63,963 nt of DNA. It comes from Lama glama. Taxonomy: Eukaryota. The position numbers were made by a program, and so were the translations under genes. The notes under the pieces were generated by a model that saw only the letters and a program-made list of their open reading frames with translations, had not been told where the DNA came from and did no database searches. Numbering within the stretch: position 1 is the stretch's first letter; every line of letters starts with the position of its first letter. Of the stretch, positions 54,601 through 63,963 are shown piece by piece. Location: NCBI GenBank assembly GCA_028534125.1, contig CM052817.1:49664038-49728000 (forward strand), written 5' to 3'.

Positions 54601-57600
54601 ATATGATCATTAATTTTCTCTGCAAACACTTGCTTTCACAGCCCCCTTTCCTTCCTCCTCCTCTCCTCTGTATGACCTCTACCACTGTCAGGAGAGGGAT
54701 AAGGGAATCCTAAATTTTTGAGAGTTCACAAGAATTTAAAGCTGGTAGAAAGAAGACATGAAAACAAAAACAAATTCAAGACTGAACCACAATGGAGAAG
54801 GGCAGATTCTCTGATCAGAAAACCATCTCTGCCTTCACTTTATAAAACTCTTCACCTGCCTTTTATGCTACTTGAAATTCAACACGTTTCTGATTTGGGT
54901 TAAAAGGAAGCCTATCCTGTAAAAGGAAAGAAAAAAATCAGTCTCAAAAGGAAGTTTGGTATCACAGAGAAAGAAGGGCTTCTGAGTCAGAGCGGTCAGA
55001 GTTAGTTTCTACCTCTGCATCTGGCTGTTTGAATTGAGCAAACTGTTCACCTGTAAAATGAAGATAAATAATTTTACTGACAAGAGTGTTTGCAGGGTAA
55101 GATCAACAGGCCCTGAAATTCAGCACTTACTAAATAGTAGCTCTTGTTCTTATCCCTTTTAGTACTAAATGGTCATTCTAAAATAGTCACAGAGTACCCA
55201 GAGACAGATCTTTACATATCAGAGGATATTAGGTCACCACAAAAGATTGCTTTTTTGTAACATACAACTGAGTTCAGCAACTCAGAGGGAATGACAATTT
55301 TCATTGGTGGAAGGAGAGTTTGGCACTTTGGTTCTATAAGAATTTTCCCCCAGGGATGGGCATCAGGCTTGGAAAAGAGGAACAAAGTTTTCTGCACCAA
55401 CTGACTGCCCGGAATTCAATGCATTTAGCACCTTTGTCAGTTACATTTGGAGTTACGTAGACTTGTAGGTTGGCCTGGGAAGCTAACCAATAAATTCTTT
55501 TTCAGTCAGATAATGTATCTTAAACTTCAAAAAACTGTCCTTATGAAGCTTTATGGGAACATAACCTGACTGTAAATTGGCATTTATATAATAATCTTAT
55601 GTATCTACATTTGTATCATGATAACATATAGCTACAAGAAAGCAGAAAAACAATCGTGAAAAAGGAAAGATTTAGAGTTTGGAGATAAAGTGATAAAGGG
55701 TTGACTGCGGACTGAGCGAAAGTTGCTGCCTTCAGGGGAGTTCCTTCTAGGAAAAGGAAGATCTATGTGGAGTAGGGGATTGATGATGTCTTTTAACTCA
55801 AGTCATCTTTGAACACACAGATTTAGAAGTCACCAGCATAGAACTTGGTTCCTGAGGAAATAAATATCCCAGCTCTGATCATTAACAATTCATGCTGTTT
55901 TATACAATCTTCAAGGTGTGTATCTTTTGGTTTTTAAGACTGCAGAAAGCAAAGACACAAAATTATTCATATTATCACCATGTTTTCATTGGTAACATCT
56001 TTAGAAAAAGCATGTCATAAATACACCCTTCTAACCCCTGAATAATTAAACTTAATGAAAGTATAACGGGTATAATAAGTTGGATTTCACATAGATTATA
56101 GACTGTGTTACTCTGAAAATGTATCATCTATATTTACCTTTTCCTTAAAGGAATACAGAGTGCTAATCAGGTCATGATCAGGGAATACTTTTAGCTTTCT
56201 TCCTATTTTAATCTCCAAGAATTCACTTTGTATTTCCCCGGATTGTTCCTTGAATAAAATACTCTTCTAATTGTATGCTTAACACAGAATTCCCTTTTAA
56301 TGAAACAGTTCTCCCCTAACCCCACAAAAATTAGAGATTTCAAATCTCACATGCTTTTTTCTTTGAGGGCTACATATTTCTGCCCATTTTGATGAAAGTC
56401 ATAGTATTTTTTTGCTGTGAAAAAATTCTAAGATTCCCCCAAGATACCCACCCCCCTGGTATATGCATTTCTTCTCCCAGTTATTCAAACACTAATCTAG
56501 GTGCTGTTGTGAGGAGATTTTGCAGATAAAATTAAGGTCTCAAATCAGCTGACTTTTCAATGGGGAGATTATATTGGGTGAACCTAACCTAATCAGGTGA
56601 CACCTTAAAAAAGGACAAGGCTCTACCCGGAGAGAGAGATTCAGGATGTGAGAGAGATTTGATAGGAGCGAGAGTCCCCTTTGATGGCTTTGAAGATGGA
56701 GTGGGCCACATGGCAAAGAACGTGGATGGCATCTAGAGACTGAGAGAAGCCTCTGGCTGACACCCAGCAAGGGAACAGGAACCTCAGTTCAGCTTCAAGC
56801 TCTGCCTAAAACTTAAGTGAGCTTGGAACAGGGTCATCAATGTCAGATGAGATTGTAGCCCCAACCAATACCTTGATTTCAACCTTGTGCGATCCTGAGC
56901 AGAGAACTCAGCCATGCCACATACAGAACTATAAGCTAATGAGTGGGTGTCGGTTTAAACTGCTAACTTTGTGGCGATTTGTTACACAGCAACAAAAAAC
57001 TAATACATGAGTGTTTGTTTTAGGAGTGTAAATAAAGCAGGAAAAAAAAATGCTTGAGCATCTCCACTTACAAATAGGCTAGAGGCTAAATTCCAAAGGC
57101 TTTACTAAGTACATTTTTCTTCAGATCAGAAGTGATCTATGCAAATCACTAGCAGGACCTCTCCAGAGGGGGCAGCTGATGATGCATTTTTGCCTTCACG
57201 CACTGCTTGTTCATATTCACAAAAGCAGCTTTCGTAACTTGGCATTGCACACCTGTTATATTCCCCAAAATTCTTCTCAAAAGGAGAAACACTCTGACAA
57301 CTCATCACCCCTGTTTGTTGGCCCCTGCTCCCCACCAGATGCTCACGCTGCCTGTATGGCATTTACAGATGTGATTGCCGTGGTACTTGAAGCAGGTGCC
57401 TGTGAGTGGTGAATCGCTCTTCTGCTTAGTGCTCCAAAGAGCACTAATAGTGTGAGTTTGTGTGCATCTTGGTGGTGGAGATGTGATCATCTGCTTTCTC
57501 CATTTGTGCTACTCAGAGGAACTGTACTGTGATGGGAAGAGAGATTTAAAAGCTTGTACATCTCCTTGAGGTCTAGCCTTTCTCCTCTGGTCCTTTTTCG

Positions 57601-60600
57601 GCTTTGAATAACCTGAAGACACACCAGTAAGATTATCTGAGACAATAAATGGTCAAATAAATGAAGAATGAGTGAGTGAGTGAATAGATGAATATATATA
57701 AGACAAATCTGTTTCAGAGTTAAAATGTAATCAATGGAGAGGCACTCTGGCACTGAAAAAAAGGTAATGTTATAGAAGTTAGAAGGCATGAGTAGGAGAT
57801 GACTGCTAGTTCTGTTATATTGGAGAAGTCACTTAATCATCTCAAGGCCTCAGTCTCCTCACCTGGAAATACAGTAAATTGTGCTAAATAGTCTCTAAGT
57901 TTTCTTTACTTCTGAATTTAGTTTTAAGCCAATTAAGAGGCTAAGCAATGTCACACCCATGAAACTTCTGTTTGTCATTTTTATGTTCTGGCTTACCTCT
58001 TGTCCGTCAGAGGACACACTGCCTTTCCATGACCAGTTGTCTAGATTCTTTTTAATCAGTCAATGTGCATTGTCAATATTTTCCATACTCAACAGAATTC
58101 AAGTCTCTCAAGTTCCACTAGGTTTACTGGCTAAATGTATTACGTACACCAAAGCTATCAACTCTTAACTATTTAGGTCCAAACAGTTTTTATCTTTTAT
58201 GTTAACATTTATATATACAAATTTTTTATATTAAAATTAAAACTTCCTATAAATCAGTTTGTTAAAAGTCTACTTAGAGTAAATTACTGCACTAAATCCC
58301 ATGAAAGAACCAGAAAAAAAACCTTCTGCCCCCAAAGATTTTGGTTATCAATATACACAAAAAGATGAATTCTAAACAATAGGGATAAACTAAGTTGACT
58401 ACACTGGCATATTGCAGAGAAGAATCACTAGGAAATGAGTTAGATGATCCAGGCCCTTTTAAGCCACTTGACTCAAACAAATCAGGTATCCTCTCTCTCA
58501 GCCTCTGTTATTTCATATGTAAGGTTGGTATAATTCCTGCCCGATTCTCAAGGATGCATAAAATTCCTACTCTGTACCAGGCCCCTTATTATGTCTTAAT
58601 GATAAACAGATGAACAAGACTAGCCCAGCCCATCGAGGAGTTCATGGTTAAGTGTAGGTTAACATACGTGCAAACAAAAAGTTAATACAATGTGATCAGC
58701 ACTACTGTTGATCAAAAGGTGCTAGAGGAAGAGCAGAGAGTTATTTTTTTTCCCCAAAACTGTGGAAATGTCCTCTAATCCAGAGGTGATGCAATGTGAA
58801 GTATGCAGCATCACTTTTGAAGTATTCTTGCCTAATGAATTTAATCAAGTCTTTAGATCTAAATTTAAACTGACAGGAAACGAGGGGGATAGAAGAATGA
58901 GTTAAATGAGATCAAAAGAAAGCATTCATATAAGTCCAGAAATTGGAACTTTTAAAGGACAACTGGCTTGATCTCTTCCACAAGTCGATGTCATTAAAAA
59001 TTAAGAAGGAAGCAGGGCTCTTTTATATTCAAAAAGAGTTAAAAAACAGCCAAGGTACTACATGGTCCTTGATAATGTCCTGATTTGTACAAACCATCTG
59101 TAAATGTAACAGGGACAACAGAAATCTGATGGATTGGGTATTACAAGATGTTGGAGAAATAGCTTAATTTTTTAAGAGTGTTATGGTATTGTGATTATGT
59201 TAGAAATATCCTAATTGTATATAATAACGATCTGGCAAAAAAAAAATGATGTTCTACTTTACATTAAAATACAACAGAAAAAAATAAAGGCATTACAGCA
59301 AAAATGTTAACAACTGATAAAATGATATGATGAATATAGGAGTGTTCTATTATACGATGTTTCTAAATTTCTGTGTCTGAAAAATTTCATGATAGTTAAA
59401 AAATAACAGATAAAAAGTAAATGAGACAAAAGACTTGAAATCACCTGGTAAACTTTAAAAGGATAGACAGATAAAGGAGATTTTTTTGTTAAATTGTTGG
59501 AGAAAGAAGGAATGGTCCTTTTTCAAGCATATGTGCTACTTTGGACCACACTGATAAGAGAAGTCAGGACTGGCCACTACAGAGAGCCACTCAATGCCTC
59601 TAGAAATAAAAACCAGGAGCTATATCATGGATTCCCAGATACTGATTTTTTAACACCTCCCTTCATGCCAAGATGACCTTGACCAAAACTGAAGACAAAT
59701 GTCTTCTTGCTGAGAAAGGCAAGCTAAAGCAACATGCACTTAAGAAGAACCAGAAAGCCAGTAACTATTTCAATGTGAGAGTAACTGGTGATTTTTCTTT
59801 TTCATAGAGAAGTAGGATTTGGCACCCAAAGCAGAGATTTGAAACCATGGATGATTGCCCTTCTCATTGTGTCATTACTGACAGTGGTGGCAGTGGCCAT
59901 CGGACTTCTGGCTCACTTCTTAGTCACTGGTAGGTAAAATATGGGTATCATTCAGTTTGATTTCATTTTTCTGTATAGCTTTATTTGCATACACGTAAAT
60001 TTAATTTCATCTCAAAATACTGTTTCATCAGTAAATGTTCACATTGTGAATTTATTTAATCATTTCATCAACAAGTAATTACTAAATAAATGCCTAGAAT
60101 AAACAAGTACTTTTCTGGGCACTCAAGAAATAGCACTAAGCAGTGCAGACAAATTTCCTACCTCCTTGGAGTGCACACTGCAGTATTCTTTTGAGAACCT
60201 ACACAAAAGATCAAAACAGTAATTATCTGAAATTTACTAGTCATCATAATAAATTTTAATCATTCATTGTATGTTAAGGTGAAAAACTATAATAAATTAG
60301 TTATTAAATTAGTTTTTAAAACTGGCTCTTTCACTCATCACTTTCTGTTCACTAACATTTCTAGGGAAAAAAGAAAAGCACATGTTCAATGAAATAATGA
60401 ATTTTGAAATTACTGGTAAAATAAAAGTACGATGCAATATTATTACTTATTCTTAGAGAGAAAATTTTATTCTTTTCCAAAACAATATTCAGAGATTTTT
60501 ATGGCCTGATATATTTATAATCACACAAAAGTTCATTTGAGAATTCTCTTTTTATATTGCATCACTGCAGAGTGAAAACCATTTACATTTTTTAGCAAAT

Positions 60601-61867
60601 CTCCACAATAGCACTCTCACACAGATGTATGTGATAAAACAACTAGTTCAGACTGCTTATTTGGATGAATTTATCTGTTGTCACCTTCTCCAGACTTGAT
60701 GAGGGACTGAAAACTCTATAGGAGCTTTAAAGGGCTTAAGAACCTAGCTCTGGGCCTCATGTGAGACAACCCCATCTGTAGTTGATTCCAATGATAAAAG
60801 ATTCTCAGGTCAGTTAATTTAATGCATAGAAGCCCCTTTCCCATGAGTATAAGGTTTGATAACAATATGGACTATATAGATTAGTAATCAGGGGGACTGA
60901 AAACGCACTAGAGTCCAGAGGTGTCCGTAGGAGATAGGCCATCGTGAGGTCCCCTTTATTTCCTAGGTCCGTCTCTGGGAAACCCATTGTGTCCTGCCTG
61001 AGCTAGGCTCTCCAAGGAGAGAGGATGCTTTGTGGTTGCTCCACTCTCTGTCTTTAACTCTGTAGATTTCTTGCCCCACCAGGGCTACACTTCTAAGATT
61101 ACCAAATTCCTCAGAAGCATCCACTGCTCTGTTTTTTTACCTTTCCTGAGAGGCAAGCAGAGATCTGACTGATTCATCCCTGTGACACACTGTTCTCATC
61201 TCCAACCACACACAGTTTTTTCCCTGCCTTTCTTTTCATGTCTTTCTTAGTGTGTCTTTCTCTCCCATTATAAATCAAAATTTACAAGAACATTCATTTA
61301 CCTCTACTTCCAGTATAAGTTATATATACATTTCACCTCAGCAAGAAGCAATATAGTAATTACATGTTCCAGCTCTAGGGCCATTTATCTGGGTTTAATC
61401 TTGGGTAGGCTACTTACTAGTTGTATAGCACAGAGAAGTTATTTAATGCCTCATGCCTCACTTTTCTCATCTGTGAAATGAACGTGATGTCAACCTTAAA
61501 GAGCTTAGTAAGAATCAAATGAATTAATACATGTAAAGTGCCCAGAACAGAGTTTGCACATGGTAGGCACTGAATAAATATCAGCTGCTATTATTAACAC
61601 AGAACATTAATCATTATTTTATTATGAAACTAAATTAAAATCTCAGAGATGTATTCAAGATTTCATCATAGCCCCATTATAGTTGAGCCTCAGATCCCAA
61701 AATCTATCCCCAAACCACTTAATTTCCTACTTTTCCTTTTCATCACAGGTCAGAAAGTGGAGTATTATCACGGCACCTTTAAAATTTCAGACCTGCGAGT
61801 CAACAGTAACTCTGGACAAAACAGCCCATACCAGCTTAAGGACTTAAGGGAGATGAGCGAAAACTTG
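48598..61867 (+). CDS. TMPRSS11A: Transmembrane protease serine 11A, 5' part: join(48598..48605,59808..59929,61749..61867), continues beyond the window
   Basis: Spliced translation MYREVGFGTQSRDLKPWMIALLIVSLLTVVAVAIGLLAHFLVTGQKVEYYHGTFKISDLRVNSNSGQNSPYQLKDLREMSENL matches the recalled human TMPRSS11A N-terminus. Exon sizes 122 and 119 equal those of the paralog. Confidence 0.9.
52240..53153 (-). mobile_element. MER21-family LTR
   Basis: 'caattctgacacta...ggttaagggctcagt', 'ggtctttctggtga', 'cccaggaaactccaaggg', end 'accaatgtatatattttc'. Confidence 0.8.
56414..57007 (+). mobile_element. MLT1E/F-like MaLR LTR
   Basis: 'aacactaatctaggtgctgttgtgaggagattttgcagat...aatcagctgac', end 'ttgttacacagcaacaaaaaactaataca'. 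Confidence 0.8.
58750..59400 (+). mobile_element. L1MC-like 3'UTR fragment
   Basis: 'cagcatcacttttgaagtattcttgcc...aggacaactggctt...tgaaaaattttcatgatagttaaa'. Confidence 0.55.
59808..59929 (+). CDS. TMPRSS11A: TMPRSS11A exon 2 (TM anchor)
   Basis: ttttcatag|A GAA GTA GGA...GTC ACT G|gtagg; 122 nt. Confidence 0.92.
61749..61867 (+). CDS. TMPRSS11A: TMPRSS11A exon 3 (SEA start)
   Basis: catcacag|GT CAG AAA...AAC TTG|gtaagt; 119 nt. Confidence 0.92.
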
Positions 61868-63099
61868 GTAAGTCAGATAAAATTCTTCCTATTACAAAAT
61901 AATGCAGGTAAAGGGATTTTGTGCATCTTTTCCCTTACCATTTCCTAAAACACGACTTTCAGACACTTGCATCAGAATCATCTTGCAGAGTCCTAGGCCC
62001 CACTCCAGACCTCCTGAATCAGTGTCTGATGGGATGCGTAGGTGGTGATAGGGGAATAAGGGAATCCACATTCTAACAAATGACTGATTCTGATAAACCA
62101 CTCTTTCTAACTCAGCCACCTTATCTAAAAGTGAGAGAACTGAAGCCAAGGCATCCCAGCCCACTGCTCCCCACTTCCACCACAATAGTACTCAAATGGA
62201 AAACTCAACCATACCAGAAGTGATTATTTCTAAAATCACATGCCTCTTTTTCAGTAGGGCCGTATCTTAAGATTTAAAATATGTTTAAAATATATGTGAA
62301 AGGAAACACGATCATCAATGTTCATTTTATCTCACAAACATACTAATTAAGATGAAAAACCCAGATCTGTTGTGTAATGCTCAAATGAGTTGCTAATAAT
62401 TTTGTTTAAACTAAAATACAGGAATGCCTCCCAAAAGAAAAAAGTAAACCCAATTGTATAGTAGTTCTGCTCAGGATGCCTGTGAACCCTCGCTCAAAAA
62501 CAAAGGTCAGGTTAACTTCCTTGAAAAGGAAGCACAAAGCACAGATTTGACTGCAAATGCTATTTTCTAAGGTGCTCTGAATATAAAAGAATGGAGGATA
62601 TATGTCAATTTATAAATGTTAATTATTGACTTGGGGGAATGAGACTGTAAGACAGAACAAATGTGCATAATTTAATGAGAATTAAAAATATAGATTATAA
62701 GCTGCATCTATGGTGTTGCCAGAAATATGTTGCAATGATTTCTCAAGGAATGCCAGAAAAAACTTTGACACATACTCCAGTACCTCTTTTATCCCTTTGA
62801 TCCTGAGTGACTCCACATAAACTCCATAATATAAAAATAATAACAATAAATTAGTTAATCCATTTTAGCTGAAAAGTTACACAATTTCTTTAACAATGAG
62901 GAATATTTGTAATTTATCAGGAAAGTTTGAAATCTGTTTTCTTTATGTTTTACAGCCAACACTGTTGTTTAAGGCTAACTAAGAAATATTTTTACTGAAG
63001 TACATGGATGGACAGGAATGCAATAGGTCTTTTAAAAGAAAGAGAAAGAAATGCAGAGGTGAATCTATAACATTATATGTTTGGAGGTGGACTTTGAAG

Positions 63100-63963
63100 T
63101 TTCAGTAAAGTATACATTTCTAGGAGTGAAAGAACCTTAGGTGCAAAGGCTGAGTTAGGCATTGACACATTATCATCATGAGGACGTACAAGGCCCTTCT
63201 CTAGCTGTCATTACTTACTTCTTCTCCTTTATTCCCATAACCCACTATCATTCACCTCCCCCTGGCAGGCAACCATTCTGTATTTCACATGTATTCTTTT
63301 GTTTGTATTCAGTCTTGCAAAAACGTATTTTGTTGTTTGTGCACAGCACATGCTTTCAACTTATTCTTTGTGTTATAAATTACTTGTTTTAGTCAGTTTG
63401 GGCTGCTATAACAAAGTACCATAGTTTAAGTGGCTTACAAATAACAGAAATTTATTTCTCATAGTACTGGAGGCTGGAAGTCTGAAATCAGGCATCATCA
63501 TGATCAGGTTCATGGCCCAATCACCTCCCAGAGGCCCTACTTCCTAATACCATCACATTGGGGGTTAGAATTTCAACATATGAATTTGGCAGGAAACAAA
63601 TATTCAGTCTACTATTATCATTTTGCTTCACACTTTTTTACTCAGATCTGTTTTTTAAGCTCTAGCTATGTTGATAAATGTATATTTAATTAATTGCTAT
63701 TCACTGCTACATGATGAGTTACAATGTCTATCCACCATATTTTACCTCCTGTCTATCATCTCAAGAAATGCTGCACTAAACAGCCTCCTACTTATCCCTG
63801 GAAGCAGAATTACTGGGTCATCGGTGTGCATACATTTAATTTGACTAATTGGTGCTGGACTGCTCTTCAAAATGGCTGAATCAGTGTGTACTCCCATCTG
63901 CAGTGCATGAGGATTCCTGTGTCCTCAGGTCTTTGTCAGCATTTGGTAATATCTGGCTTTCTA
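63100..63963 (-). mobile_element. Old L1M fragment with a nested MLT1A-like piece (63385-63615)
   Basis: 'gaattactgggtcat', 'ctcccatctgcagtgcatgag'; MLT1A 'ggctgctataacaaagtaccatag...tttatttctcatagtactggaggctggaagtc'. Confidence 0.65.

Overview
Mammalian genomic DNA, AT-rich and repeat-dense. It is most likely camelid, inferred from two tRNA-derived SINEs of the Vic-1 type. The window covers part of the TMPRSS11 (HAT/DESC) type II transmembrane serine protease cluster on the + strand. TMPRSS11G appears intact: coding exons 2-10 span 22424-38251, all splice phases are consistent, the H/D/S triad is present, one intron is GC-AG, and the first coding exon is ambiguous. The first three coding exons of TMPRSS11A follow (48598-61867), and that gene continues beyond the window. 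The left 14 kb holds two minus-strand L1-derived elements that share one internal deletion. It joins the ORF1/inter-ORF spacer directly to the last ~370 nt of ORF2, giving an ORF1-only, non-autonomous 'half-L1'-like family with different 5' ends. The rest is old interspersed repeats (L1M, L2, MIR, MLT1, MER21, MER34, MER20/53/58, Tigger1). Repeat family names and boundaries come from recalled consensus sequences and are approximate.
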